From sequence record SRR22947725_2318: a DNA stretch of 50,597 nucleotides, one strand, 5' to 3'. The notes beneath the pieces are model-generated. The model made no database searches and was not told where the DNA came from. It worked only from the letters and a program-made list of their open reading frames with translations. The position numbers were made by a program, and so were the translations under genes. Positions 1-12,100 of the stretch are shown one piece after another (the stretch's first letter is position 1; each line of letters starts with the position of its first letter).

Positions 1-393
1 TCCAACGGAAACTTTATCCTCATCGGTGTCATTGGGCTGGTGCGAGTTCCCCGCCTGCCCGTAACTGCCCTTAAGTTGTGCGTTTTTAATCGCTGGACGG
101 CGGGTTTTGGGCAATTTAACGAAGAGGTGCGACTTCTCTCTCCCGACCAGACCACTCTCGTTCGCAAGAGTGCTGTCAAGTTCGCGCTGAAAGACGTGAA
201 TACTCATGCGACGAACGTTTCCTTGTTCGGGCAGGTTGAGTTCAAAGAGGCTGGTATTCACTTCATCGAAGTTCTGGTGGATGAAGTAATGAAACTTCGT
301 TATCCCCTCAACGTGGTCCTCGCTCCTCAGCAGAAGCAACCCGGAGGAGGGGAACAGCAACCTCCTGCACAGAATCAGCCACCACAAGCCTGA
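1..393 (+). CDS. hypothetical protein, 5'-partial (DUF6941-like beta-sandwich)
   Basis: Frame is open from base 1 (SNGNFILIGVIGLVRVPRLP...). Contains 'FGQVEFKEAGIHFIEVLVD...RYPL' and a Q/P-rich tail. Confidence 0.6.
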   Translation, partial: SNGNFILIGVIGLVRVPRLPVTALKLCVFNRWTAGFGQFNEEVRLLSPDQTTLVRKSAVKFALKDVNTHATNVSLFGQVEFKEAGIHFIEVLVDEVMKLRYPLNVVLAPQQKQPGGGEQQPPAQNQPPQA

Positions 394-434
394 ATATTGT
401 CAGGACACGAATGTGGCCCTGATACCCTGTCTGC

Positions 435-1292
435 ATGAGTCTTCCTTTTACATTTCGGGGAATTGCTGATTGGGCTGTTCGTCTAAAAACAGGCGTGTTC
501 ATCAACACCCTGTTGATAGGCTTTGTCGCTGCAGGTGTGGTTGGATGGTTCGTTTGGATCAATTGGTTGCCCGTTTGGGAAACTGCTATCATGCAGTTCC
601 CGGCAGGATCCATCATCGAAAAACAGGTTCTTTCGACGAATGCTCCAGTCAGTAAAAATCTGGCGAGCAATCATTTTCTTTCGATTTCGATAAGGACCGA
701 TACTCAGAAAGAAATCTCCTCTACCTCTGATTTACGCGTCATACTGGATACTTCGGGTGTTCGTATTGGATCTCTTTTTGGTTATCTTCGACTGCCCTAC
801 CCAGCTGGATACATCATCGAATTGGACTCTGAGCAAGTGCATCCATGGTGGCTTTCACGTAGCTTCTTTTTGTATTTAGGCGCCTTTACCTTCTTTTGGA
901 TTGGGTTCTCTCTCTTATGGAGGGTATTGGCTCTCATCTATACAACGCCTGTTTTCATTCTTGCTTACCTTTCCGGAAGGCGACCTACTTTCGGGATTGT
1001 TTTTCGGTTAAATCTGTTATCCCTGATGCCTCCGGCGCTTTTCATGATAGTTGCCGTCATGCTGCATGGTCTGGAGCAGCTCAATCTTCAGGAATTTCTG
1101 GTTGCGAATGCTATTCATTTTCCAATGGGGTGGATGATTGTTGTTTTGTCTGCGCGTCATCTAGAAATCTCCTCACTCTCTGCTCAAGACCTTGCAAAAT
1201 CGAAACAGGTTGGCCCCAACCCTGTTGATATTACAAAGCCAACTTCCATGGAACGCAAACCACGAAACCCATTCAGCTCATCTGATCACTGA
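435..1292 (+). CDS. integral membrane protein (DUF1189-like topology)
   Basis: One N-terminal TM helix, a soluble loop, then about 3-4 hydrophobic helices; 285 aa. Confidence 0.6.
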   Translation: MSLPFTFRGIADWAVRLKTGVFINTLLIGFVAAGVVGWFVWINWLPVWETAIMQFPAGSIIEKQVLSTNAPVSKNLASNHFLSISIRTDTQKEISSTSDLRVILDTSGVRIGSLFGYLRLPYPAGYIIELDSEQVHPWWLSRSFFLYLGAFTFFWIGFSLLWRVLALIYTTPVFILAYLSGRRPTFGIVFRLNLLSLMPPALFMIVAVMLHGLEQLNLQEFLVANAIHFPMGWMIVVLSARHLEISSLSAQDLAKSKQVGPNPVDITKPTSMERKPRNPFSSSDH

Positions 1293-2424
1293 GCAAGAAT
1301 TGTTCACACCCAAAAGATTGGCTCAATTGCAACAGTGTTTTCCCAAGTTTTTGAAGGTCACCTTTTTGATGACTTGAACTGATTGCAACCCGGAAAATTA
1401 AGTTGTTCAGACCTCCTGGATATCGAATGAAGGAGGGGTAGATTCCCGAGTCCATGACCATGTCCCTCAATGCCTGGATTGATTCCTCAGTCAGAGTTTC
1501 CCCAAGTCTGAAACTGAAAACAGGTGACATCAAACCTGCCTTTTTCAGGAGCCCCAAACTTGAAAGTATGTTTGACATCAAATCGATACGATGACTCAGT
1601 TGCGAACCTAGCTCTGGCCTTGTAGACAACCATTCAATGCTTTTGATGGCTGCATGCGCCAAGTGCATGGGGAACGGTGTATGCCCAGCCCAGGTTGCTC
1701 CTTGATTGCGAATGCTATTTGTAACTTTCAGGGGTCCCGCAATGGCGCCTCCGTGGCATCCAACTGTTTTGGCCAAAGAAAGCGTTTTAATGACGGTTCT
1801 CGCATCTCTGGATGATGTATCTCCCTCGTTCCAGAAATTATCTCCAAGCACACCGAAACCATGTGCGTCGTCGATGATAAAGGAAACTGCAGCTGGCAAC
1901 ATCTTCCGGAATGCATTCAAGGGCATGATGTTTCCATCCAGACCAAACATACTTTCACTGAGCAGGAACCAATGTTGGTTATCAGGTAATCCAGATGAAA
2001 TCTCTGCGGCTGACTTTACATCGCAATGTCGGTAATTCCGAACAGGGAGCCCCGATAATTTTGCTGCGTCCCTCAGACTCGGATGGCACTGTTCATCGAT
2101 CAATAGTCCATCAGCGGCCTTACTCAGATAAGAACTCAGCGAAAGATTTGCTAAATAACCTGCCCCTGTAAGTAGGGTGTCCTCCGTTCCGCTGAATGCT
2201 GTCAATTGCTTTTCAAGTTGGAGGTAAATGGAGCGGTCACCGGTTGTGGTTCTGGACGCACTGGATGATAAACTGGGTTCATTCCTCAATGATTCAACCG
2301 CAGATAATCGAATTTCAGCTTTATGACTAAGCCTCAAATAATCGCACCCTCCGAAATACAGCAGTTTTTTGCCTTCAAGGGCAACATGTCGTTCATCGAT
2401 TGTTTCTGGTGTTGGTCTTTTCAT
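1273..2424 (-). CDS. PLP-dependent class I/II aminotransferase, 8-amino-7-oxononanoate synthase (BioF/Kbl)-like
   Basis: Motifs FGGCDYLRL, GYLAN, HPSL, YRHCD, ESMFGLDG, DDAHGFG, SLAK (PLP Lys) and RVAISSSH. Confidence 0.85.
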   Translation of the reverse strand: MKRPTPETIDERHVALEGKKLLYFGGCDYLRLSHKAEIRLSAVESLRNEPSLSSSASRTTTGDRSIYLQLEKQLTAFSGTEDTLLTGAGYLANLSLSSYLSKAADGLLIDEQCHPSLRDAAKLSGLPVRNYRHCDVKSAAEISSGLPDNQHWFLLSESMFGLDGNIMPLNAFRKMLPAAVSFIIDDAHGFGVLGDNFWNEGDTSSRDARTVIKTLSLAKTVGCHGGAIAGPLKVTNSIRNQGATWAGHTPFPMHLAHAAIKSIEWLSTRPELGSQLSHRIDLMSNILSSLGLLKKAGLMSPVFSFRLGETLTEESIQALRDMVMDSGIYPSFIRYPGGLNNLIFRVAISSSHQKGDLQKLGKTLLQLSQSFGCEQFLLSDQMS

Positions 2425-2680
2425 CTGACTCCCCGCAAATCATAACAACCAAATCCTTCGAATCACAGATCAGAAAATCAGTGGGGCAAGCCATGGGGAT
2501 TTCATGTTTTTTTCACGGATCATTGTTTGAGATCAGAGGTATTCCATAATGTAAGTGCTGCCTAATGGGGATGGTTGACATCATCGTACTGAAATCCCAG
2601 ACAGAACAAACTGTAAAGATCATTTTTCCACCTTCGGATACAATACATGTCATGATTATCTTTTACCGAGTGAGCTCTTG

Positions 2681-2709
2681 TTGACGATCCAAGTTTGGTG
2701 ACCTAGCTT
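2681..2709 (+). promoter_or_regulatory. sigma70-type promoter of uvrB, leaderless geometry
   Basis: TTGACG-N17-TAGCTT, then 6 nt to the ATG at 2716; no Shine-Dalgarno. Confidence 0.6.
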
Positions 2710-2715
2710 GGCAGC

Positions 2716-4794
2716 ATGTTTCATCTGGAAGCACCTTTTCCTCCTGCTGGAGATCAACCCGAAGCGATACGCCAACTGACTCTTGGAGTTCAGGATTCTA
2801 AAGCGCATCAGGTTCTTTTGGGTGTGACTGGTTCAGGGAAAACATTCACTATCGCCAATGTTATTGATGCGATACAGCGACCGACCCTGATTATCTCTCA
2901 CAATAAAACATTGGCAGCCCAGCTTTATGCTGAATTTAAATCATTCTTTCCCAAGAATGCAGTTGAGTATTTCGTAAGTTACTTTGATTACTACCAACCG
3001 GAAGCCTATTTACCTCAAACCGATACGTTCATTGAGAAGGATTCAAGTATCAACGACGAAATTGAACGGCTTAGACTATCAACCACCAGTTCCTTGGTAT
3101 CGCGGCGTGATGTCATTGTGGTAGCAAGTGTTTCTTGTATTTACGGATTGGGCAGCAAGGAAGACTACGAAGCGATGATGATTCCTTTAAAGGTTGGTGA
3201 ATCGATCTCGAGGGATCAGTTCCTTCATCGTCTGGTTGATCTTCAATATGAACGTAATGATGTCGCACTTATTCCTGGTAAATTCAGGGTAAGGGGTGAC
3301 ACGGTTGAAATCACACCTGCTTATATTGAAGAAGGGATTAGGCTGGAATTTTTTGGAGATGAGGTAGATCAGATTAGTCGATTCGACCCTTTGACGGGCA
3401 ATCGCATCGAATCTCTTGAATACGTGACTTTTTACCCGAGTAAACAATTCGTGACTCCTCGAGCGAAAATGAAAAAAGCCATCCTTTCAATTCGGGAAGA
3501 ATTATCCGATCGAATTGCTGAATTTGAAAAGGAAGGTAAGCTTCTGGAAGCTCAACGCATTAAAATGCGAACGGAATATGATTTGGAGATGATGGAGGAG
3601 ATGGGGTTCTGCTCAGGAATTGAAAATTATTCCCGCCATATTTCAGGGAGACCTCCCGGGTCAAAACCTTATACACTTTTGGACTTTTTTCCAGATGATT
3701 ACCTTTTGGTTATCGATGAATCCCACGCTACGGTTCCGCAGGTGGGAGGGATGTATGCTGGTGATCGTTCAAGAAAAACTGTGCTCGTGGAGCATGGTTT
3801 CAGATTGCCAAGTGCTTTGGATAACAGGCCACTTGGATTCGATGAGTTTCAGTCACATCAAGCGCAGACCATCTATGTAAGCGCCACGCCGGCTCAACGC
3901 GAACTGGAATGGGCAAAGAATCAAGTGATTGAGCAGATTGTTCGGCCAACAGGCCTTATCGATCCAGAAATCATCGTACGTCCGCTCAAGGGACAAATCG
4001 ACGACTTGATCGAAGAAGCACGCAAGCGAGTTGAACTTAAAGAACGTGTTCTGGTAACCACACTTACCAAAAGAACCGCTGAGGAATTGACGGATTACCT
4101 CAGTGAAATTGGTATTGAGGTGCGCTATCTTCACAGTGAGATAGATGCGATTGAGCGTGTAGAAATCCTGAGGGGATTGCGACAGGGAGAATTTGATGTA
4201 CTGGTTGGGATTAATTTATTGAGGGAAGGGCTCGATTTACCTGAGGTTTCCATGGTCGCAATTCTTGATGCGGATAAAGAAGGCTACTTGCGCTCAACCA
4301 CTAGTCTTGTGCAGACGGCTGGTCGCGCGGCTCGGCATCTCAATGGTAAAGTGTATCTTTATGCCGATGTCATGACTCGCAGTATTAAGGCATTCCTTGC
4401 CATTTCGCAATATCGCCGCGAGAAGCAATGTGAATACAATAAGAAACACGGTATCACTCCGCGTAGTGTCAGCCGAGCGGTGGAAGGCGGCTTGGTATAC
4501 CGCATGCAAGGCAAGAAACAGGCTAATCAAATTCTTAACGAAACGGCCGAAAACCTAGATGTGACCGAAACTATCAATGAGCTGGAAGTTGAAATGCAAG
4601 AAGCCTCCGTCAATCTTGAGTTTGAAAAAGCGGCTTTATTGCGAGATCAAGTAAGAGAATTGAAGCGAAGTGTGGGGATAGAAGTTCCTGCTACCAGTTC
4701 AACGACTCCCACCAAAGTCAGTTATCGTACAAAGAAAAAGAAATCACGGCGAACAGTGCAGCTGAAGAAATCTACCAAGCGCAATACCACTTGA
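2716..4794 (+). CDS. uvrB: excinuclease ABC subunit B
   Basis: GDQP, LGVTGSGKT, HNKTLAAQL, YYQPEAY, DESH, GINLLREGLDLPEV and a C-terminal UVR domain. Confidence 0.99.
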   Translation: MFHLEAPFPPAGDQPEAIRQLTLGVQDSKAHQVLLGVTGSGKTFTIANVIDAIQRPTLIISHNKTLAAQLYAEFKSFFPKNAVEYFVSYFDYYQPEAYLPQTDTFIEKDSSINDEIERLRLSTTSSLVSRRDVIVVASVSCIYGLGSKEDYEAMMIPLKVGESISRDQFLHRLVDLQYERNDVALIPGKFRVRGDTVEITPAYIEEGIRLEFFGDEVDQISRFDPLTGNRIESLEYVTFYPSKQFVTPRAKMKKAILSIREELSDRIAEFEKEGKLLEAQRIKMRTEYDLEMMEEMGFCSGIENYSRHISGRPPGSKPYTLLDFFPDDYLLVIDESHATVPQVGGMYAGDRSRKTVLVEHGFRLPSALDNRPLGFDEFQSHQAQTIYVSATPAQRELEWAKNQVIEQIVRPTGLIDPEIIVRPLKGQIDDLIEEARKRVELKERVLVTTLTKRTAEELTDYLSEIGIEVRYLHSEIDAIERVEILRGLRQGEFDVLVGINLLREGLDLPEVSMVAILDADKEGYLRSTTSLVQTAGRAARHLNGKVYLYADVMTRSIKAFLAISQYRREKQCEYNKKHGITPRSVSRAVEGGLVYRMQGKKQANQILNETAENLDVTETINELEVEMQEASVNLEFEKAALLRDQVRELKRSVGIEVPATSSTTPTKVSYRTKKKKSRRTVQLKKSTKRNTT

Positions 4795-4846
4795 ATCGTA
4801 CTGCACGGATTCCATATGGTTTCATATAAGCCCGACCTGCTATTGC

Positions 4847-6340
4847 TCACGCCAAAATATCATGAACGATGTTTCCATGAACATCCGTCAGGCGATAATA
4901 CCTGCCTTGAAACCTGTAAGTCAACCGCTCGTGATCGATGCCCAATTGATGTAAGAGAGTGGCTTGCAAATCATGGACATGAACTGGTTTTTCGACTGCA
5001 TTCATGGCCAACTCATCGGATGCCCCATAAGAAATACCGGGTTTGATGCCTCCACCAGCCATCCAAACCGTAAATGCATATGGATGATGATCTCGCCCCC
5101 ATCGTGGGCGGTTATTGATATCCCCTTGAATGAAAGGGGTTCTACCAAATTCTCCACCCCATACCACAAGCGTGTCATCCAATAATCCTCGTTGTTTGAG
5201 GTCCATGATCAAACCTGCGCTGGGCTGATCGGTATCTTTGCACTGAGTGTAAAGTTCAGTTGTGATACTGTTATGCTGATCCCAGCCTGCGTGCATGACC
5301 TGAACATATCGAGTGCCCCTCTCAATCAGTCGGCGGGCCATCAGGCAGTTGTAGGCAAAGGTTCCTTGCTCTTTGACTTGAGGTCCATAGAGATCCAGAA
5401 CATGGTCCGGTTCTTTACTCAGGTCAGTGAGTTCAGGTACGCCCGTTTGCATTCTGTAGGCCATTTCATATTGAGCAATCCGAGTTTCGATTTCAGGGTC
5501 GTGGACTTGCTCATGCTTGAGGCGGTTCACTTTTCCAATATCATCAAGTAAACCTCGCTTCAACATGGCATTCATTCCCTCGGGATTTTCCACATAGAGG
5601 ACGGGGCTGCCGCCACCGCGAAACTTTACCCCCTGGTAACGCGATGGAAGGAATCCTGATCCCCAGTAAAAATCATAGAAAATCTGACCACAAGTGGTTC
5701 CTTTGCTGACAGAGGTCATGACCACAAACCCAGGTAAGTTATCGCTTTCCACTCCCAAGCCATAAGTCATCCAGGCCCCCAAGGTAGGGCGGCCAGGGAC
5801 TTCTGCTCCGCTCAGAAAAAAGGAAATGGCTGGTGCGTGATTGACAGCGTCTGTGTGCATGCTTTTTACAAAGCACAAGTCATCTGCCATATTTGCAGTG
5901 TGCGGGAGAAGATCACTGACCCAAGCACCGCTTTGTCCGCGCTGTTGAAAGGGTTCCACCGGAGAAAGCATCAGCTTTCCGCTGGGATCTCCCGTCATGG
6001 TGCTGAATCGTTTTCCTTTGAAATAAGACTCTGGAACCGGCTTTCCATGCATGGGTTTGATGCCTGGTTTATGATCAAACAAGTCAACATGCGTAGGAGC
6101 ACCATTCTGAAAGAGGTATATGATCCTTTTTGCCTTGGAGGCATAGTGTGGAAGTTCGGGCAAACCGGGCATACCCACCGTGGAGTTCGTCTTGAGAGAG
6201 GAGCCCAGAAGCCCCTCACGATTTAACAGAGAAGCAAGAGCAGCTGTTCCGATACCCGTGGCGTTGCGTCCAAAGAAATGTCGGCGATTGAGCCGTAATC
6301 TGGGATCCAGGATTGGGTGAAAGTCAGGATTGGGTTTCAT
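4847..6340 (-). CDS. DUF1501 family protein (Tat-exported)
   Basis: NRRHFF Tat motif, AKRIIYLFQNGAPTHVDLFD, GWDQH, WGGEFGRTP and GRDHH. Confidence 0.92.
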   Translation of the reverse strand: MKPNPDFHPILDPRLRLNRRHFFGRNATGIGTAALASLLNREGLLGSSLKTNSTVGMPGLPELPHYASKAKRIIYLFQNGAPTHVDLFDHKPGIKPMHGKPVPESYFKGKRFSTMTGDPSGKLMLSPVEPFQQRGQSGAWVSDLLPHTANMADDLCFVKSMHTDAVNHAPAISFFLSGAEVPGRPTLGAWMTYGLGVESDNLPGFVVMTSVSKGTTCGQIFYDFYWGSGFLPSRYQGVKFRGGGSPVLYVENPEGMNAMLKRGLLDDIGKVNRLKHEQVHDPEIETRIAQYEMAYRMQTGVPELTDLSKEPDHVLDLYGPQVKEQGTFAYNCLMARRLIERGTRYVQVMHAGWDQHNSITTELYTQCKDTDQPSAGLIMDLKQRGLLDDTLVVWGGEFGRTPFIQGDINNRPRWGRDHHPYAFTVWMAGGGIKPGISYGASDELAMNAVEKPVHVHDLQATLLHQLGIDHERLTYRFQGRYYRLTDVHGNIVHDILA

Positions 6341-6349
6341 GCGTTGGTT

Positions 6350-8914
6350 CTACTCTCGGGTCAAAGTTTCATCCATGTTCAAGATACCCAGGCTCACTGT
6401 GGTCCATGCGGCTAATTTCATACGATTCAAACCTGCAGGTATGTCGGATTCTCCGTGGCTCAGCCAGGCATCGATAGCTTCTCTATCACTTGAAAAATAG
6501 GAGCGTGCCCGATCTGCGCTTTGTATCCAGATAGACCTTTCCTGATCAGAGGGGGGGCGCGCCAGAGTGAGTAGATAGATTCTTTCTAGGATTTCATGGT
6601 CTTGCAGCTTATCAGACATTGCTTGAATTGAAAGTCCACGAGCAGCTTCAACAAACGTCGTGTCATTGAGTGTGGCAAGGGCATGGAGGGGGCTGTTGGT
6701 GCGTTTGGCGTCCACATTGCAGGTTTGCCGCGAGGCGGTGTCAAATAAAAGGGTTGGTGCAATGATGCGTCTCCAGAAAGTGTATAAACTGCGGCGAAAC
6801 AGCTTTTTTCCATGATCCTGACTGTATTTCTTGTTTCCGAAAGTTGCGTCCTCCCAGACCCCGTCGGGTTGGTAACCGTTCACTGGAGCCCCCCCCAGCG
6901 ATGGATCCAGCAGGCCCGCTGCTGCCAGGGCTTGGTCTCGAATCATCCATGATGGAAGTCGGAATCTTGGAGCACGTGCATATAAACGGTTTTCTGGATC
7001 CGCTTCAATCAGCTTGGGAGTTGCCACTGAACTGCGTTGGTAGGTTTGACTGGATAAGATGATCTTGATGAGTTGTTTCACATCCCAACCTGAATCCATG
7101 AATTCGGCGGATAGCCAATCCAGCAATTCCAGATGTTTGGGGAACTCACCCTGGACACCAAAATCCTCCGGCGTCTTGACCAGTCCCATGCCAAAGAACT
7201 GCTGCCATAATCGGTTTACGGTCACGCGTGCAGTCAAAGGGTGGTCTCTTCGCATCAGCCACTCCGCAAGATTCAATCTGTTTGGAGGACTTTGAAAATT
7301 TTCCAGAGGAGGTAATGAAGCGGGGACGGCTGCAAGAACAGTGTCTCTTTTCTGATTGTAAAGACCGCGCTCGAGCATGGGAGTTTGGCGGCGTTTACTG
7401 ATTTCCTCCATGACCATTACTTTTGGAATAGAGCGTTTGATCTTGTTTAGTCGGTCTTTTGCCTTGATCCATTGGTCGCGGGCATTGGCAAGTTCTGGAA
7501 CAGAAGTAATGAAGGCATCCATCACGGTTTTCTTCTGCTTATCTGTGCGTTTTTCATCTGGGGTTTTGAGTGCCAGCTGGAGTGCCTTTAATGATTCTTT
7601 TTCAGCCTCTTTCTCGGTCTTGATCAGCGCATTGATTTGGCTAAGTCGTTCGGCTTCCCATGCCTCCAATTCCTGCATGTGCTTATCTTTGAATTGATAG
7701 AATTCAGATTGAGTTCTTTGAACGACCATCTCTGCCTGATTAATGGCCATGGATTGAGCCGGTGAAGGCGTTGAAAGGATTGGGGGTGTCTGAGGGTCGC
7801 CACCTCCGCCTGTGACAGGGGTTTGATTGAAAAAATCAAACAACTGATAATATTCTTTTCGAGTATAGGGGTCATACTTGTGATCGTGGCAGCGGGCACA
7901 AGTGAGCGTTGCTCCCAGCCAGACAGTGCCCATGGTCTCGGTCATGTCCATGACATAATCCACACGATTTTCCTCGGGGATGCGTCCTCCTTCACCATTG
8001 ATCATGTGATTGCGACAAAAACCGGTCGCCAGTTTTTGCTCATGAGTTGCGTCTGGCAGAAGATCGCCTGCCAATTGCCAGGTGGTAAAGGTGTCCCAGG
8101 GTAGATTATCGTTGAAAGATTCTACAACCCAGTCACGCCATGGCCACATGGTTCTTTCTCGATCTCCTTGATAACCATTGGAGTCAGCATATCTTGCTGC
8201 GTCGAGCCAATTCCACGCCATGCGCTCGCCGTAAGCAGGGGATGCAAGATACCTGTCGATGGCCTTTTCGAACCAGGTGTGCGTGGTATCACCGAGAATT
8301 TCGTTCAATTCCTCCAGAGTAGGGGGAAGGCCGGTCAAATCTAGAGCCAGCCGTCGGATCAATGTTCTACGGTCTGCTTTTGGCTGGGCGATTAAACCTG
8401 CTTTCTCAAGAGCTTTTTCAACAAACGCATCAATGGAATGCTTTCCTGATTTCGGAGGTGATTGCTTTTCAATGGGGTTTAGAGACCAATGGTTACCCCA
8501 CTTCGCTCCTTCGGTAACCCATTGTTCCACCAGTTTGATCTGAGCCTTGCTCAATGGGCGGCCCAGTTTGTGTGGTGGCATCAGGTCATCTTCATCCTCT
8601 GTTGTAAGCCTGCGGATTAATTCACTGTTCAACGGATCACCTGGACTGATTACAGCCATCTGGTTTTCCGCATGTTTTTTGGCACTTCCCTCAATATCTA
8701 GTCTTAAATTTCCCTTGCGAGCCTTTGGATCGGGGCCATGACATTGAAAGCATGCATCCGATAACAACGGTAGGATTTCTCGGGAAAAATCAATGGTTTG
8801 GTTTTCATTTGCCTGAATCAGTGACCCTGAAATGAAAAGAAGCAGGCATAGGATATGAGTTTTCAAGGACAGATCCCAATGGACCGGTTTGAATCTGCAA
8901 AGAATGGACTTCAT
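6350..8914 (-). CDS. planctomycete cytochrome c / DUF1549 / DUF1553 (PSD1) protein
   Basis: CFQCH and [11 protein letters not shown] heme motifs, [19 protein letters not shown] and LATLND. Start uncertain (8914 ATG or 8956 TTG). Confidence 0.92.
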   Translation of the reverse strand: MKSILCRFKPVHWDLSLKTHILCLLLFISGSLIQANENQTIDFSREILPLLSDACFQCHGPDPKARKGNLRLDIEGSAKKHAENQMAVISPGDPLNSELIRRLTTEDEDDLMPPHKLGRPLSKAQIKLVEQWVTEGAKWGNHWSLNPIEKQSPPKSGKHSIDAFVEKALEKAGLIAQPKADRRTLIRRLALDLTGLPPTLEELNEILGDTTHTWFEKAIDRYLASPAYGERMAWNWLDAARYADSNGYQGDRERTMWPWRDWVVESFNDNLPWDTFTTWQLAGDLLPDATHEQKLATGFCRNHMINGEGGRIPEENRVDYVMDMTETMGTVWLGATLTCARCHDHKYDPYTRKEYYQLFDFFNQTPVTGGGGDPQTPPILSTPSPAQSMAINQAEMVVQRTQSEFYQFKDKHMQELEAWEAERLSQINALIKTEKEAEKESLKALQLALKTPDEKRTDKQKKTVMDAFITSVPELANARDQWIKAKDRLNKIKRSIPKVMVMEEISKRRQTPMLERGLYNQKRDTVLAAVPASLPPLENFQSPPNRLNLAEWLMRRDHPLTARVTVNRLWQQFFGMGLVKTPEDFGVQGEFPKHLELLDWLSAEFMDSGWDVKQLIKIILSSQTYQRSSVATPKLIEADPENRLYARAPRFRLPSWMIRDQALAAAGLLDPSLGGAPVNGYQPDGVWEDATFGNKKYSQDHGKKLFRRSLYTFWRRIIAPTLLFDTASRQTCNVDAKRTNSPLHALATLNDTTFVEAARGLSIQAMSDKLQDHEILERIYLLTLARPPSDQERSIWIQSADRARSYFSSDREAIDAWLSHGESDIPAGLNRMKLAAWTTVSLGILNMDETLTRE

Positions 8915-9036
8915 GTCATTCAATTGAAAAATTTGATGAATCGTTGGAGTTATCAAACAACACTAAGGAATATGCGGTTTTGCTGCAAGTGGCGATTCTT
9001 TCATCCCATGACTCATAGTTTTTTCAGTGTAAAATT

Positions 9037-9066
9037 AAAAAAGCCTCCCCGGAGTAGGTGGCTTTT
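9037..9066 (-). terminator. intrinsic terminator after the 1015-aa gene
   Basis: Minus strand reads GCCACCT-loop-GGGAGGC followed by TTTTTT. Confidence 0.55.
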
Positions 9067-9104
9067 CTGTGTTTGGCGGTAGCTACGAACAACGCGAAAG
9101 ATAT

Positions 9105-12100
9105 TTAATCAGCAGTGATGGCCAGCATGAAGGGAGAACTGTCTTTCATGCTGGATGTGTAATCAATGGCTTTGATGACTTTTTCCGGATGCGGGTTGTT
9201 CCAGGCTTTCTTGAATAATCGCAGCTGCATGGAGGACTCCCTGGTAGCTGCGTTTTCACCTTCCCAGGCGGCCTGTGATCCGCTGAGTGAGGGAGCATCA
9301 GGAGCGGTCCACCAATCAGCCACATCTTTACCGTAATGCACTCGAATCACATTTTCCGTTCCGTCGCTATAGTAAATGGTCCATTTGGCAATGGTTTGCC
9401 CTTCTTCGGATGGCCATCCCGCACCATGAAGGAAGTGCAAATGTTCAGCTTTCCTGCCAATAATGATATTGGTGACTTTCTGTGGATAATCAATCGAGGA
9501 AACAGTCTGAATCTGTTGCCCATTTAAATGGATCAAACCACGCACATCAAAAGTGACACCGGCCAAATCGACTGTTCCTTTTGGAAAGGATGCCAGGTCG
9601 TTGCCTTCCAGCCCTCCAAGGTGGAAGTTGTCATCCAGGGCTGCGTTGTAATATGCATCCAGAGGAATGCATTGGTCCGGTGTGTGATCGGCCCTGGTCG
9701 GGATCGGTTTCCTTGGTCCTGCTGCCGTTTTATGGCCGGTGTGACCAGGGGCTTCGTTCATGCCTTCCTTAATGTTTTCCATGAATAACCATTGAGGGTT
9801 CTTGAGCAGGGTTTGTTTTCTTTTGTCAGGGTTCATGTCCAGAGGAGTCATGGCTCTGGACATGAGTGTCTGGATTCCCTCAGGATTTCTGAGGTAATTT
9901 TCAGCCAGCGAATTTCCAATTATTTTTATCAATGAAGAGAGGCCGCCAGTATGATGCAGGATGCCGAACTCTGACGTGTTATCGTGCTGTTTTACATAAG
10001 TCATGATGCCACCAACATCCGTTGCAATGGCCTCGTAATCCTCAATGATATCTTCCAAAAGGGGGGCCATCCTTGGGCGAGGAAATGCTATGTTCCCGGG
10101 TAGGAGGCCATAGACCTTCCCGCTTGCAGGGTCCTGATTCACCGCTGCCAGTAGAGGTGAAAAGGGAATCGATGCAAGGGCGTTTTTGATGGCTGTCTCA
10201 TCAGTCTGATCGATGTTTTCAATCGCCGACTGGGCTTTTTCCAAATAAGCGTGAATATCCCGATGTGCTAATGCCTCCATACTGGATAAAGCATGAATGG
10301 CAGTAGGCAAGGTGTCGTTCAGTTTGATGAACGAGATCGAGTGGGATCCCTCAGGTACAATGTTCAACAAAGCCCTCGCACTGCCCGGCATTCTGGAGCC
10401 AGATTGCCACTCAAAATTTTCCAGCCATTCCTGACTGCCACTGTCCTGATGGTAAACGAGATGATTGTCAATTTTGCGCGCAAGATAGACTTTTCGATGA
10501 ATGAGCTCGTGTTGATTGAATCCAAATAAACCGCTCTTGGTAAGCCATACATTTTCCCAGGTTAATTCGCTCACATCGCCCTCTTTTTTCTGAGTATTCA
10601 CTCGATAAATTTGATCGATCCATCCCTGGCGTTGGTAAGGTTCCAGCTTTTGAAAGGCTTGCTTGCGGCTATTTTCAAGAACAAATTTCTGTTGAATCAA
10701 GTGTTGAGTAAACAGATCAGGTCCACTATCGGGTGCGATGAACACTTGTCGATAGGCGGGTTGATATTGTTCCTTTGTCCAATCGGATAAAAATGTCCTC
10801 AGCGAATCATAGTTTCTGGGGTGAGGCGTGTCTTTTACTTTTGCTGCTACCTTCAGAGTCCAATCAGATTGCGACTCCATGGGTTGTAAAATGATCTGAT
10901 CATTGTGTGTCTTCTGTAATTGGTCCAGCCATGTTGTTCTCAAATCTCTGGCTTCCAATAGGTGTCGCAACTTTTCCAATGTCTGCGTGATCCAAATGGA
11001 TGGAATCTTGTTGGGAGTTTGTCCTTCCGCTGACCACTGGTTTGCCTGGGCAGGGAATCTTTCGAGTGCTGATTCAAGTTCCTTGAGAGGGATTGGACGC
11101 GTCTTTTTATGCGGGTCATGTGGGCCTGCATGTAACATGAACGTGAGTCCCGGTGTCAGTGATTTGCCTCGAATACCCAAAGTGAAACCTTCAAAGGATT
11201 CAGTAGCTGAAGCAATACTTTCAAAGGTTGTTTGATACGCTGCAGTGACCACGCATTCGGCATAATTCAGCAATTCCTCCATGCCACTGAAAGGCAACTG
11301 CATTTTGATCTGGGCGTCGATGGCCTTACGTTCATCTGCCGATATTTGCTTGAGCAGGGCCTCTTTTTGCTGACTTAAAAGAGAGATAGGAAGATATTTG
11401 AACAAGCCAATTTGACCAAGCAAAGGCTTTGCCAGGCCAGGATGTACAGAAATAAAAATATCCAGATCTTTTGCCTTCTGAATGACATCTGACATGTGCG
11501 GATCTTCGGATAACCTTGAATAACCCTCTTTATCTCTCAGAAGCAATAACAAGGAAGGTTCTCCTGAAATGTAAAGGCGCCCGTTGCTCGTCAAGCCGAA
11601 GCAACTTTTCAGAGGACCCATTTCTAACTCTGCTTTGAGCATGTCATAACCGCCAATGGATACTCTTTCTGCTTGAAAAGGGCCTTCTGCTTGACCTGCA
11701 AGTGACATGAAAGTTCTCGCATCGGATAGGCCGAGACTGAGGATGAAAAACTTGGAAGGATCCCCTGGATAGATGGAAAGGGTGATGTCTCCTCTCAAAT
11801 CCAGACCTGTCTGGTTTTCCAGCTCCTCGGTATCCAATGCTTCTCCGTTATTGAACATTCCAAGGACACTCAGCAAAGGGTGTTCTTGTTCCATTAATAC
11901 CCTAAAAGGACTTGGGATAAATGCATCTGGAAGAGTATCCTTGATTAATGTCTCGGCTTGAAAAAACAGATCGAGCGGATTCTTGATCTTTGCGTGCACG
12001 ATGGCATTGCTTGGTAGCGCATCTTCCGGTTTCGGCGATTTAACACGCTGATGCTCCTGTGACCATGCGCCTGTGCAGGATAAAATGACCAAACAATTTA

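Noticed and set aside
2680-2697. Similarity between the uvrB promoter (GTTGACGATCCAAGTT) and the arg promoter (GTTGACATCCAAGTT)
   Set aside because: Needs an indel, overlaps the -35 consensus and has no obvious shared regulation; probably coincidental.
2425-2715. LexA/SOS box upstream of uvrB (also checked upstream of recQ)
   Set aside because: No match by eye to the TGTTC-N4-GAACA motif I recall for Verrucomicrobia; only a GAACA half site.
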